64,000 nt of DNA, taken from contig DF237276.1 of assembly GCA_000708835.1 (NCBI GenBank), positions 1 to 64,000 of the forward strand. Direction: 5' to 3'. Positions 10,017 to 23,773 of this stretch are shown one piece after another. The translations under genes and the position numbers were made by a program. Below the pieces are notes generated by a model, which did not search any database, was not told the DNA's origin, and saw only the letters and a program-made list of their open reading frames with translations. Every line of letters begins with the position of its first letter. The stretch's first letter is position 1. Origin of the DNA: Klebsormidium nitens. Its lineage: Eukaryota; Plantae; Klebsormidiophyceae.

Positions 10017-13000
10017 TCACGACCGCCGTCTCCCATCCGGCGGCGGCGCGGCGTGCTTCTCGTCGATCTCCCGCTTCCGCTCCGGATCCAACTCGTTCCG
10101 CACCCCGAGCAGCGCCCGATGCACCGCGCCAGCTGTCGCCGCGGCCGGGGCGACCACGGCAGCTGGCGCCGCCCTGAGAGCGGTCGCCACTGCCTTTCCC
10201 GCACTGCCACTCCGCTGATACCGCTTGATCGGGGCGCTGATGACGCCCGACGCGGACCGTTCCAAGCCCCGGGAAACGGTGTCGAAAGCTTGTTTGAGGC
10301 CTTCCCGCGTGCCGTGCGGTTGGGAGATGTGCAACGGGGAGCCGTTTGGGGCGGACGGAGACTGCGCAGTTTGGGGTTGGGTGTCGCCGGACAGGGTGGC
10401 TTCGGCTTGTTGCAGGAGCTCGTGCGCGCCGGCCGCGAGTTGCGCACCCAGGCCGAGCGCCTCGAGCGATACGCCTTTTAGGAACGCTGCAGCGCCTGGA
10501 AAGTAGGGGACCAAGAATACAATCAGAAACGTAGCTGTTGCATACACAACCATCAAAGTTTATGAAGAACTAGAACAATCTGCCCACGAAAGGGTTTCAA
10601 GCAGGTTCTCAAACAATCCCGGAAAGACCGGGCGGCCCAAATAATTGACCAGTCTTTCTGGCGACTAGTGCAACAAAGGCGGAGGCGTTTGAAGACGATA
10701 GAAGTTCTCGTGTTCGGGAGAGCAAAGAGAAACAAAAGAAGACGATCTGTAAGAGACGTGAGAAGAGTCTCGCATGCCGATGAACCAAAAGATTGTCACT
10801 TTTAAGGAAAAGGATATAAAGACTTTGCTGCTTTTGGTTCCTCACCTTTCCGAAGGCCCTTGAGCAGTCGCTTGTCCTTTTTGTACTGTTCCGCTGGCAA
10901 CATGAGCAACTGCGCCGTCGCACGCCCGACTTCGTACAGCGGACGGATGGGGGCCACGCCCCGGACGATCTTGTTCAACTACAAACAAGAAGAAGCCCAT
11001 GTTTTAGTTTTCCCGTAGAGGCTGGCAGGACAAGAGGTTGGAAAGCTTCAAGGCTCCCTCCACTCAAGCAAAGACTCTGCCACTCGTATCTGGACGGCCA
11101 GACTTAGCCGATTCTTGGACGGATGTGAATTGCAGAGCTCTCAGTCATCTAACGAAGCAAGCCGTGCCTGGTGCTGCGAGACGTCCTGGACCCAGCCGTT
11201 TACGCGCTGCGCTCCAGCATTTTGAAACTCTCTTCCTAAACAGATCGACGTCGGACCACAGTTACATGGTTTTAATGTTTAGTGTACATCGACATCGTCA
11301 GACAATCAGATTGTCCTCTCAAAGTGTGACCTTCTGTTAGCTCACCTAGTGCTGCAAAATGTCCTCAACCCAGTCGTTCGTGCACTGCGCTAAAGCTGTA
11401 TTTGTGTAATTCTTACTTCTTAGAAATGACCTCGGACTCAGTTTCGCGTTAACCGATCTTTAACTTTCTGTTATCTCACCTGGTGCTGTGAAATGTCTTC
11501 GACCCAGTCGTTCATGAGCACCGCCCCCAGCCCCCCCCAGCCGTGCACCCCCGCGCAGCGCACGCCTTTCAGGCGCAGCTCCACGCCCTCCCACGTGACC
11601 AGGTTCAGCAGCTCCGCGTAATTGCCGGCGCGCAGCGACAGCAGGTCGATGCGGCGGGGCAGGTAGTCGACCCGGATCGTCAGCGGGCGCATCTCGAACA
11701 TCTGAAGCAAGTGATCAATCCGCACTATTTTGAGTTGAAACAATCGACGCTGAGGGTCTCGAACAGCCAATAAAGGGCGAACGAGAGGAGCGCTTAGCGG
11801 GCTGTGTCGCCGAAAGTTGAGAAGACTGAGAATGAGGTGAAGATGCATCTCAATATTTCGGAACAGCTGCAGAAGGGGAGATGCCGAGGAGCTGGCACGT
11901 GTTAACAGAAGGAGGCAAATAAGCGGACCTGTTAGCAGGCTGTGGTAAGATGGTGTAATGTAAGGTTGACCCAATATCAAAGAGGAAACAAGGCAAATCC
12001 GGTCAAAGAAGCATCTGTGAGAACCAGAGAAAAGCAGAGATGTGAACCAGCTTACGCTTAGATCTGCAGAAGGAACTACTGTAGCAATGTCGAGGGGCGG
12101 TCCAGAGTTCACACAGGATTGAAAAGAGACTTCAGGTTCCGTTGATATGATTCCGTCCAAAATGGTTACCTGGAAGAAGGGAAGGAACGCCTCCTCTACT
12201 CCATCCCCCTGCTGCTTTGCGACCCCACCGCCCCCCGCATCCACTTCTCGTGGCGAGCCAGGCACCGCGCCCCCCCCAGCAAAGAAATCCGCGCAGAAAT
12301 CAATGTGCCGTTGGTCTAGGTGCAACCGCAGCGGTAGCAGTGCGAGCAACAACCGGTACTCTTCTAGTAACGACGCCGGGTTAGGCCTAACCGCATCCAT
12401 CTCGACCCGCAGCGCCTTGGAGCCACTCTCGCGCGGACAGCTGGCGCTCCGGTAGTGGCCCATGATCATGCGCCACGGCGCGCTCTTCGAGAAGTCGTAC
12501 ACGGTTATGTCGCGGACCGAGACCGCTAACCGAGACGCGTAGTGGTCTCGCTGCGGGAAGGAGTCGTGTTGCAAGTCTACACCGTCGAGGAGAACCTCTA
12601 GACAGTTTTCCTTCTGGCGGCCCCCACGTCCGGGGGGCTGTATCGCCCCCAGAAACGCCCCCCTCTTCAACCGCGGACTCTCGCTCGCTTGCGTGCCGGG
12701 CTCAACAGAGACCGTTGACCATCCCTCTAACCCATCCTCAGTCGGCTTGACCGACCGCGTAACCAGCCCCCCGCCAGGCCGGTTCGTACTTTCCCCCCGC
12801 TTCTGGTTAGCGCCCCCTTGTCTGAACCCACTGGCCGTACCCGCTCTTGACCCGCTCGATGCCCGACTTTCGGGGACCTCTGTTCCGCAACCCCAGTCTC
12901 GACCTCCGTAGAGTCTCCACCGAACGCTGAGATCGCGCAGCAGCAAACGGCCCACCGGCTTCGGGTATTTCCGGGGGAGGGATCCCCTGCTTTTCGACCC

Positions 13001-16000
13001 CCCTGGGCCACGGTTTCGCAGCCACGGCCGGCCGAGATCCTCTTTCGGGGGGGACCCCGAAGGCCTGACCACATAGTCTTCCGACAGGGGGGGCATCTTG
13101 CCGTCGAACCAGCTCGCATCGTGCTCCTTCACACTGGACTTTCGCCTATTCACATTGGGTTTGCTTAGCCTAACCGGCTTCCTAGGTCTACTGGGCACCT
13201 GCGGCTCGCTCGCTTCCTCTGGATACAAATGCTGCGTGCGGGGCGTACTTACACTCACTGGGTCGCCAGACCAGATGGGCTGCTTGACTTGACTCGGAGG
13301 GACGGTGTGGAAACCCTCGGACGAGCCAGGCTTACCTGGGGGCGCTCGACCGTCGAGCCCCTGGTAAAAATTCTCGATGTAACCGGGAAGCGCTCCCGCT
13401 TCCTTTTCCGTTTCCCAGTCTCCCCCCGGGCTTGATTGGGGCCTGCCCGAACGGAGTTTGTCGCCCACTTTCGGGGGCATTCTGGAGGGGTTCGAAAATC
13501 CCGACGACAACTCTGCCGAAACGCCGTCCCAACCTTTCCGCGGCGCGAATCTCAGTCCGTCGCACTCTTCAATCAGCCGCTCTTCAGACTGATGCGAAGG
13601 TCCGTCGCCGTTCCCTCTCCTTCTGCAGCTTTCGCTCTGCGCCCTTGCTTCACCTTCTCCCTCCCACCTCTCTGCCGCACCGCGCCGTTCCGGGTTGAAG
13701 CCGCTCTTGGCACCATCACCCGCAGCCGCTTCTTCTCTGGAAGCTCTAGTGGTGCCGCCCACTTCTCGCTCAGTCTGAGGACCTCTAAAGGTTTCGGATG
13801 CGAGGCTGCTACTCAGGCTGGGGGGCGCAGAGTCTTGGGAGCCCTCGCTGAGGGTGCGGAGGAGTTCAGAGGGGTCTTGGTCGCCGTACTGCCGGTGGAT
13901 CACCGCGCCGCCACCTGGCAAGAAAAGGGTTTGATTGAAGGTTTTGAATGGAATTCAAATCACCGATTTCGGACAAGAAAGCACGAGCTTTTGAAATCTG
14001 CACAGAAACAAAAAGACTCATGATTCAGGCAATAAATAGTTCCAATCAACACAAACCACAGCTGATCAGGTGAACCGCAGTCCTGATTGACCAGTAACGG
14101 AGGAACGACCAGAGCTAATGTGATGAATTGACTGGATCAAGCACGGAGAGAATCTCCAAGAGTGCATGTTCGACAAGTGCACCAGCTAGGGTTTACCAGG
14201 CATGAGACCGGTGGACGTTTCTAAAGAAATGTCCACAGACACGTTTCCATCGTTGGCGATGATTGTGAGCCCTCAGTCAACTTCCGCAACTGTTCAGCGA
14301 ACACCCAGCATGAACTCTCACCAACTCATTTTCGTCCTCCTATCACATGAAGCCTCTCAGATCCCGTAAACTGACCTACTACACATAACGCCAGCCGTTG
14401 AAACCGGGGATTCTCACTAACTATGTCCCTTAGAAAATACATTTCCTCTTACCAGCAACTGCCACCGGCTCCATATCCGCCTGGATCAGCGCCTGGATCT
14501 GCCCCGCCAGCCGGCCCAGCGCTGCCGTGGTGTCCTGACACGTGTCCAGCCGCAATTGGTTATGCGTGCAGTCGAGCTCCCACTGGAGGCCCTCCCCGGT
14601 GTGTGTGCGGATGCACGCTTCCAAGACGCCCTCCCGGGCGACCTGCGAAATGCCAGGGTTCCAAGGAGTTTAGGTCACACTTTCCAGCAGTTAACGCTGC
14701 TGATATCTGGTGGTCCCCTTCTAAGATATGTGGCAAACGGTGACTATTCGTCAAGCGGAGCAACCCAAGACCGCAATGAGAGCAGAAGTAGGCAAAGCGT
14801 CATTCCCGGAAGTTGGTAAGATCTAGATGGCACAAGGCAAAGGCCTTGGATCGGTGAAAAGGGCGAGGTGAAACCTCATCATGATTCATCAGCACTCGAG
14901 GTTGTCACGGACTCTCGAATTCGTGCTTGTATCATGCAGTCAGTACGTGCTTGTGTCGTTCAGTCGATAGGACATTGTCACAGCGATACGATGTCAGCAA
15001 AAGTCTTCAAAAGTGTTACCTGAACGAAACCCGCTTGGGCCAGCGAGCTCGTAGTGAAGTCTCCCCCCGCCGGCCGCCTCATCGCATTGTCCAGGATCAG
15101 CAGCGCCGCATCCCGCAGCCACACATCAAACACCTGCTCTTGCACCGCCTCCCCCCCCTCTTCCTCCACTCTCTCCGACCCCCCCGGTTGCTTTCCGAGC
15201 ACGCTCGACACGCGCAGAGCGGCCACGGCTAGGACGGCCGAAACTGAGGACCCCACGTTCGAGCTGCTATTTTGGCGGGAAAGGGACGGGCGACTATCTG
15301 GGGGGAAGGATTTGCCCGGATTTTGTGGGGGGGTTTGCGGGTTTGGCTCGGCGTTGGGCTCGTAGCACAGCGCTAGGTCGTGAAGGTCTAGAAGGAAACA
15401 CGTCCCGTTTGTGGAACCAGAAGCTTGGGAGGACCGGCTTTCGCTCTGATGGGCGCTAGAAGCCTCGCTCGGCGGCCATGCTTGAGCCGTGTCTGCTTCC
15501 GCCATTGCCCCTCCATCAGCCGTCCTTCTAGAGAAACGCTCAGCGTAGGTTTCAGAGGCCGGACAGACGCTTTCGGACGTTGGTCGGACGCTTTCTGACA
15601 TCATTGCGCCGCTTTCGGACGTTGTTGTGGCACTTTCGGACGTCTGCCCGACGATTTCAGACGCCTTTCCAACGTAGTCGGACGCTGCTCCAACACTCTC
15701 GGACGCATTTGGGCAATCCCGGTCAACCACGGCCAACCCGTCCGAACCAGCCCCCACCGCTAGTTCCTTCACGGCCAGCACCCAGTCCAACCGTCCCATC
15801 GGTGCCATCACCGTCCCGCCCCTCAAACTACAAGCCACGATCGAGTCTGTCTCGTAACCCCCGGAAGGATACGCGATGACCGAAACTGTCAAGCCGACTG
15901 TGCCAGGCGAAGCGAGCGCATTCTCGTCCCCCGCATCGCCCCTCCCCAGGACCTCGTTAGAACAGGTGAGCAAGAGAAGCTCGACCCCCCCATTTGCGGC

Positions 16001-19000
16001 ACCACTTTCGGGGGGGGTGGGACTCTGGAGAGTTCCGTAGAGACCGCACCGCTCGTGCCGAATCCACATGTAGCTGTTTTCTGCCGCACCCCCCAGGTTC
16101 GACACGTGGAAGAACGTAAGCTCGCTGAAGTCTCCCCGGAATGACACCCACTTGTCCTTCTCACTGGCAACGTCCGGCTCCTCCGCAGGGGGGTCGTCTG
16201 CCCGACCTTTGGACCCCTTCTCGTCGAACAAACGCAATTCCAATGCCGCCACATTCAGAAGAAACGCAAACTGGTCCTTCGTTCGCCCCTCTTCCCCGCT
16301 TTCGTTAACCCTGCTCTCTGCCCGCCCGTCTAACCCCTCCTTGACCCCGTTCCTAACCCCATCCTCCGACGCACTCCCACCAGACCGCTTAACCGCCTCC
16401 AAGAGCTGCCCTAACCGCTCTAACCGCCACCTAACCACCTCGATTGAAGCACGGTCGAGACTGAGCTGGACGGAAGCGGCAGAAGAGGCGATCGCCTTTT
16501 CGCGGATCTCGAGCGCTATCAGATCCTCGTCAGCGGCAGACGCTCGTGCAGCGGCGGCCTCCCCATGCTGGTTGTTGTCGACGCCGCTGCCACCTACAAA
16601 TCAAGATGGGGTTTCAATCAGGGTTCTGAATTGGGCTTTAAGATTAGGTTTTGAGAAAGGGTCTGGTTGACTCCAGGCAGGGTTCCAGGATGGTCTAGGA
16701 CTCTAGGACTCTAGGACTCTAGGACGGAAACGAGAATCAAAATTGATAATATGGTGATACAATAGACAAACAGTAACATATCTTAAAAAGCGATCCCTCA
16801 GATTGGAGGCAAGCCAAAGCAGGACAGTGACCACAGGCAAGGAGAGCAAAATATCTGACAGAGTACGGAACCATTGGGAAAAAAGGAAGCTAAAGCAAAG
16901 GCAGTTCGTTATTTTGCTGGGGCCCGCAAATGCGCGAAAGTTGAAACGGCCAATAATCGTTGTTGCCGAGACCAACTGAAGCACTGTGCGCATGTATGAC
17001 CATTTGAGTAAGGGCACTTCTCAACATAAGTGAACGTTTGCAAGGAACTGAAGATCCACTGACACGTAAGAGCTATACCGAGCCCTCTGTTTAGGGAATC
17101 CGAAATCCTTGCGATAAAAAGAATCTGATTCTTCATATTTGCCTGGCCATGAGTCGCCGCCTCAATGGAAGAGAGATTGCACCGACTTCTTAACAGACAA
17201 GACTTGCTCTGTGCCACCTCCCTAACTGTAAGGATCATCAAAGGAAGCTCCCAACCGTAATGAAGGGGGGTGGCAGATCGACAAGAACCAGATTCTGGCT
17301 TGAATAACACATGTCACTCGACCCATATCACTCGACAGAATTCATTCCAAAATCAGGCGTTCAATGGTGGCTCTCATTTTCGAAGCCCGTCCTTTGCTCC
17401 ATTGTGCACCAAGCAGTGCATTGTACAACGCATGCGATCCAAATTTACGCGTTCCGTTCAGACAACATGGGCTCACCATCTCCCCGGGTCTTCTGTGCTG
17501 ACGTCGCCTCCCACGCCGACTGTGCTAGCCAGTCCCCGCTTTCCGCTCCCGGCCGCATCCGCACGTCAAGCGAGATCCCCAAACCCGCTGAACCCGTTGC
17601 GTCGACCGGTGAAAACAACCGGGCATGCTTCCGGGGTGCTTTCTGCCTGGCCGAATGACCGGGCTGCTTGGAAACCGACAGTAGGGAGAACGCCCTGTAA
17701 CCGGGGGATTGGACGGACCCCCCCGTTGCAAAATGGGAGTCCGTGACCAGGTAAAGGCCCAGGTTTGCGGCGCCCAGAGAGACGCTGCTCTCTGGCTCTT
17801 TGGGGGGTATCGAGGAGAACGAGCGCCGCAGGGAGGTTTCTGGGGGGTCGATTTTGTAGGACAGGAAGGCGGGCTGGCCGTCAGGAGAGGAGCCGGAAAA
17901 GAGGTCGAGGGCGAGGAAGTCTCTGCGACAAGGGGCCCCCAAACTCGTTCGACTCATGAGCTTCTTTGCAGCGTCTTCTTCACAGGAGTCGTCCTCTTTC
18001 GGAAAGGAAAGGATAACTCGGAAGCAAGAGGAAGAAACACTGATGCTCAACGCCCCACGCTGCGGCTTGGAAAAGGGGTGCATCCCTGCATCCCCCCCGG
18101 AGAACTGCCTATCCAGGTCATCGATGATGTCATCAACCGGGGACGACCCGGGTCTCGGGAGCACTTGCGATGGGAGAAAGTCCTCGAAGGAGCGCCTGGG
18201 ACTGGGCAGAACCTGGCTCGCACGCAGCAGGGGTACCGGCGTGACTGCCGGCGCAGGGGCGGGCGGAACCCCTGAAACGGGGGCAAATCGTTTTAGGCGC
18301 TTGGGGAGGGACAGGTCCAGAAAGAGAGTGACGGGCTGCAGCTCCGCTTTGACTTCGGTCAGGGAAGTCTTCCGAGGGACCGGTTCTGAGTGCCCCAAGA
18401 GGCTGCTCTGCCTGGCCAGCGATTTTCCCCGGGCGTAATTTTGGCCCCCGTCAGTCCGCCCGGTGGACCCTCCCGAGCTGATCAGGACTTTGACAACCAC
18501 TGCGGGCTTTGTGACGGGGGGGCCGCTTCGAACCTTGACCAGCCTCCGTCTTTCGGCCACGTGGAGTGCATCCGACGACGGAGGAGTGTCTAATAGACTT
18601 CCGTTCTGGGATTGTTTGAAAGGAACGGCAAAGGGGGATGTCCGAGTTTGGGCACTGGTTCGAGCAAAGGGCTGCGGGGCGCCGTAAGGGCTCGGCAGAG
18701 CGGCTTCCACCTGCTGGAGCTGCTGCTCCCGGGGGGTCGCTTCATGGGCTGCTGCAGGGGGGGGCATCGTGACATTCCTAGTACCCCTCCGTTGAGACCC
18801 CAACTCTGGGACTTGCGGGGTGTGCAGAGTCTCCGCTATCTCGAGTGTGTCGGAAGCAATCTCGATCGACGTGGAAGAGCCGGAGACCGCCACGCTGAAG
18901 CTCAGGTTGGTACAAACCGCCTCCAGGAAGTCTCGTGGGCTCTCCGACTTCTCGTCGGCTTCTTCCCCCTCCTCCAGTCGTTCCCCAGCCATCCCCGCAT

Positions 19001-22000
19001 CATCCGACCCCGTAATCTCGTCGGCAGCAAAGCCCGCCGATTCTTCACCTCTCGATACGGCCCGATCCTCCAGTGTGCTGCCTCGCAAACCTCCTCGCTC
19101 CCCTTCAGGGGGGTCATCGGCCAAGCCTCCAAAGCCCTCGGACTCGCCCCCCCCATTCCAATGCTCCAACCCGGCCCCGGACCATGCCAGCAACGAGTCC
19201 CGCCCAAACACCGAAGCCATGTGGGACTCCGCCGGCCGCATCCCATACCCGTCTTCCTCTTCGCTCTCGTTCTCCAGGGGCATCTCCAAAGCGACCTCGC
19301 CCCCGTTCCGCCCCCCCAAAACCTCCCCCGGATTCAGCCCCCCCGGAAAACTGTCAGCGTGCACCCCCCCTGCGTTTCGCCCAGTGCTCAGCCCCCCTGG
19401 AAAAGCGGCGACCTTCTCGCGCAGCTCGACGGCTTCCTGCTCCGTCGGCTCCGGCGACCACTCCCGCTCGACGATCTCGCCAGGGGGTTCCGAGCCCCTC
19501 GTTCCGAACCCCCCGACGCAGTCCGTCTCCAGCCGCAGCACGTCGTTTGCTGACCCAAACTCGTCCCGGCTTCCGCTGTCCGCGTTGCTGACGTCGTCGA
19601 TCCCCCCAGCCCGACCCGGCGTCCTCAAACGCGCCGAAAAGGCGTTGGCAACGTCGTCCGGAAAATCCGGGCCGTCCGTTTGTGCAAAACCGAGCGCGTC
19701 CGAGAAGTCGTCCTCTTCTGGAGTGGACCTTGCATGCGCACCCTCACCAAAACCCATTGAACCGTGCTCCAAATCACCGATCGCCCAGCTTCCCAAGCCG
19801 TTCGTTGGATAACAGATCGGACCCTCCTCAACAGCCGGTCTGGATTCCCAACGAACGCCATCTGTCCGCCGGCTCGATTGAAAGTCGCGTCCGACTCCCG
19901 TGGCTTCCCCTGTCGACCCCTCCGGCTGTCTTCCGCCATCCCCTCCGTTTCGCACAGCAGTCGCCCCGCATCCACCCAAACCCCGAGCCCCTCCGCAATC
20001 GCTTTCCGCAACCGAGCCGTTCTCTTCCCGCCTTTGGCCGCTCTCTCGAGCAACTTCTGCTACTCGTTGCTTCGCCTCTTGCGTCATGCTCCCAGCGGCA
20101 CCCCTCCGCTCCAGCCTTCCCGCACCTCCCCCCCCTGGTGGCGCCCTCATTCTGTCCCCCCCTTGGCATCGTTCTGACCCCTTTCGCTTCCTTTTGTCCC
20201 CAGGTGCCAGCAGAATGACCTTTAGCCCCGCAATCTTTGCCCTCGCCGAGTAACTCGCCACTGCGTTTGTTCCAGAGTCTTTATGGTTGAAGTGCGGGTC
20301 AGAACTTGCGTTAGGGTCCGGCAAAGCCTGTCTGCTAGCAGGGGTCCCTTGCACTTGCCCAAATCCGGGTCGGTTGAGCTCCGTTGAGGGCGAAACAGCT
20401 GGAATTTCCCCAATCGGTTGCGCCCGACGAGTTGAACTCTCGGACCGAGTTTCGGACGGAGCGGCCCATGTGACCGAGCGCCGGCCGGAAGAGTGGGAGC
20501 TCCGCGAGAGGTGGCCGCTGGCAGTGCCGTTGATGCAGTCAAAGAAGTCATCCACGCTGCAGGGAAGTTACAGAGGGTTTTGATTTTGAGAAAGTTTGTT
20601 TCGGGCTTCCATTTGTCCAGACGGTTAGCAAGCAAGAAAAAAAGGATAGGAAGGAAAAGCTAGCCTCCTTACATCAAGAAACGCGGAAAGTTGCCAGGCT
20701 GAGTTTAAGCATCTGCTGCTGGAGAAGGGACTCGTCACTCCACGGCACAGTCCTGTGGACAACAAGTTAGCCACTCGGTGTAAGAAGTCGACCGCCTCCA
20801 ATTGTACTGCTCGCATATGTACAAGCAGTTTGACGAGCTTCAACGCTGGAAATCAGAACATGCGACCAGTAGAGAACAGTGGTAGAGAGAACGCAAAATG
20901 AACCTTGCGTCAGTTGCCAGCAAATCTGCTTTGAATAATCATTCCTTGAGATCATGCGACCTGATACCAAGAATACTTTCAAGCTGACTCATCCGTACCC
21001 TTCAAAGCAGAGTTGCCCAAGAACTGAAGCGAATAGCGATTAAGAATTCGCAATGACAACAAAAACATCGTCCCTGTGCAGGAACTTACCTGGCTGCCAG
21101 ATCCGCCTCTTCTTCCGCTCCCCCGTTCTCACTTCTCAGCCACCCGGGTGCAGCGTCGCCAAACTCCGACACCCACTCATCCCCCGCCCCAACTGAACGC
21201 CGCAAGTCCTCTGCTTGCTGCTGCGAAAAGTATTGCGATTGCAGCAGGTCTTCTTTCCGTGCCCGAAACCCTCCCTCGGGGCTGCCGCTAACCCCTGTGG
21301 GGTTATTCCTAACCCCTGCCGGTGCCAAGAGCCCCGACCCGGCCAGCTCGTGCAGCGCCCGCTCCTTCTGAACGATCCCCGGGGCAACGAAACCTTTCCC
21401 ACGGGAGGTTGAGGCGTTTCCCCCAGAGAAAGCGGCGGCAAGCGCTGACAGCGTGCTGACATCAGCGAGGTCGACTCGCAGCTCGAGGGGCCGGGCGAGC
21501 AGCTCGAGGTCCAGTTTGGGGGGTCCCTTTGCGCCACTCTTCCAGTGCATCCAGACTCGGACGCTGCCGTCTGCGCCCCCGTTCGCACCTGATAGCAGGA
21601 CCCCCGATGTGCCCTGGTGTGAACGGGCCCCCGCTGGCCGCTCGAGCGCCACCTCGACGCCCTTAAAAGAAACGGTTTTCATCACCGTGGGTTCTTTTGG
21701 GGGTGCGTCGGCGCCCCAGCCGAGCCCCCCCGCCAAGCTGCCGCCAAGAAAGCCCCACCCCCCGCTGGCGCTCGACGAAGCGACCGGCGTCTCGTCCTTG
21801 TACTCGGCAAAAGGAACTCGCACCACAAACGTGCAGCCACCGGAGTCAGCAGACCCATCTGTCCCTGTGGTCTTATGCTCAACCCGGATTACCAACCGCA
21901 TAACCCTCACTCTGAGCCCCAACAAGATGCTCTCCACCAACCTGGCGACCACCCTGACACCGTCGTCAACCCCCGCATAAGCCTGCAGCCTCGAGTAGTC

Positions 22001-23200
22001 GCCAGTGTCGGGGCTGCCAGGCTCCTCAGACGGCCAGAAGCCCTCCGGATTGCTTGAGCTTTGAGGATCGCACTGCTCATCGGGGAAGGGTGGCGACGGG
22101 ACTCGTGGGGCGACGGTTATCTCGAGTTCGTCGATGTCGATCTCAATAGACTGGCTTGCGAGGCCTTTCCACGGGACAGTCGCCTTGATGGTCCCAATGT
22201 AGCCGGTGCTTATGGTGACGGCAGCCGCCTCGCCCAACTAGACACATGTATGTATTATGTCAGTAATTGAAGCTGGAATGTCAGTAAACATAAGTTGAAA
22301 TGACTGAGTCTTGAAGATTGATGTAGATGTCGCCACCAGGCCAGACGCGCAAACTTGACAAGGGATAGTACCTTCTGAGAGATTCTCATTCAAATCCCCA
22401 TTTTGAAAAACTGAACAAACGGCACGGCAACGAGTGAAAAAAGTTTCGGGACTGATGTCGACCTTGGGGGGAGCATTCTGAGAGGGGAGCTTTCTCAAGA
22501 CATAGGTCGTTAAAAGTTGATACAGCACGAGAGTCAGCCACCGAAATGAGCACCACAAGCTGAACCCGACTGCCCTGCTGAAGAAGCTGCCTGCACTGTC
22601 TGTCAAAGTTTGTTCATGTACCGCACTGATATCAGACCATCTACATGTGAGAACGAAATCCTGTACCACATACATATCACCATCGTGTGGTTTTCAGAGG
22701 TTGAGATCTTGCACCCTCCTCGTGACAAACCCTTGCTCTCTGGAAGAACTGAAGGACCAGCTTCCTGCATTCTCCCTCCAGTCGACCGCCCTGGTAGCAT
22801 TCAGTGATTCGCAAGGCAGAGCATCTACCATTCGCAGCATGCTTTGAACATAAAGGCAGAGGACTGGTAGGCGCATCATCCAATCTGGCCATTATTTCCA
22901 TACAAAGTGTGGTGGTTCAGTCAACTTGGGTATCAACAGAGCCTTCAACGGACAAAGGCGACTTGCAGAATGCCGCAGAGTCTGGAGTCAGGATCATCGA
23001 AACCAAACAGGCACGGCAGTCCTCACCTGAGCATTCAAATAGTTTGTGTCAAGGAGCAGGTCCCTCAACTCCAGCGTTCCGGCCCCCAGTTGCACCTCCA
23101 ACTGCTCCAGGTCTATCTCATTGACCAGCAGCTTTCCCAGCAGCCTCTTGAGGAGAAACTTGTACACGCGCTTCATGGCCCATGATGATGCGGAGAACAT
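10017..23200 (-). CDS. ATG2: Autophagy-related protein 2 (bridge-like lipid transfer protein), 9 inferred exons, roughly 2,900 aa
   Basis: N-terminal chorein motif MFSASSWAMKRVYKFLLKRLLGKLLVNEIDLEQLEVQLGAGTLELRDLLLDTNYLN (~23020-23200), continuing GYIGTIKATVPW (21086-22237). ATG2_CAD region DLSVRWRLYGGRDW and EAFLPFFQ|MFEMRPLTIRVDY...YAELLNLVTWEGVEL. Exon 10846-10978 reads LNKIVRGVAPIRPLY...EQYKKDKRLLKGLRKG. The ATG_C tail ALLGVRNELDPERKREIDEK ends at stop 10017. Splice phases were checked for the 3' exons. Confidence 0.95.
11332..11515 (-). repeat. Splice-junction echo A: intronic copy of an ATG2 exon end + donor
   Basis: 11341-11379 (CTCACCTAGTGCTGCAAAATGTCCTCAACCCAGTCGTTC) matches the true donor region 11475-11513 (CTCACCTGGTGCTGTGAAATGTCTTCGACCCAGTCGTTC) at 34/39 nt; period 134 bp. 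Confidence 0.9.
15549..15707 (-). repeat. Coding 21-bp minisatellite in ATG2 (7-aa xSESxxx x8)
   Basis: A CTTTCGGACG-like motif recurs on the + strand at 15549, 15570, 15591, 15612, 15633, 15654, ~15675 and 15696. Protein: ASESVGA ASDYVGK ASEIVGQ TSESATT TSESGAM MSESVRP TSESVCP ASETYAE. Confidence 0.9.
16694..16725. repeat. (TCTAGGAC)4 intronic microsatellite
   Basis: Four perfect 8-bp copies in an ATG2 intron. Confidence 0.95.
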
Positions 23201-23773
23201 GGTGGCCAGCCTTCACTCCAGCCCTGCCCTCTTCGGGCTACAACCTGCGCAGCGGGCGGAAAAGCAGGCTACGAATCATCCATCTTCATGATTCATCTTT
23301 TGAGGTTTCGTTGACGAGTGTGGCGAAGACGAGCGAGCGTTTCAATTTCAACTTCAAGTTCAAGTTGGAGCTCTCAGCTCTGTGCAGAATTTTGAATTTT
23401 GTTTCCAGCATTCTCACGGAGGTTATGAAGCTGCATAAGCAGCTGAGTCTAAATTATAAGCGAGGGTGCGCTTGTGCCCTATTTACCTTCAGGCGTGTCG
23501 TGCGGCGTGCCGGAGACACTCGACACCGGCAAGTGAGTATAAGACCTCAGATTCACTTTCTCAAACTCGGAGGAGCTCGCTACAATATAGGGGCATGAGA
23601 TAATGTGCAGTACCCATCGGGCATTTTGGTTAAATAGTATGCGTTGGAAAGCCTGAACATTGCTGAGCAAGAGAAGAAACTCTCGAAGTCAAACCAATCA
23701 GGGCGACTCGCTCCACTTCATATGTGCATTACAGGCCAAGGGCTGAAGGTGATGCGCCCATAGAAAGGCCACC
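23201..23773. promoter_or_regulatory. Putative bidirectional promoter/5'UTR region between ATG2 and the C2-like gene
   Basis: Divergent start codons ~570 bp apart. A probable 5'UTR intron (GTGAGT at ~23532 to TACAG at ~23735) precedes the + gene. Inferred from geometry only. Confidence 0.45.

Noticed and set aside
18612-19812. Long + strand ORFs (313 aa, 330 aa) and similar overlapping ORFs across 12-22 kb and 30-33 kb
   Set aside because: These are antisense or alternate-frame shadows of GC-rich ATG2 and POLQ exons with no recognisable motifs.
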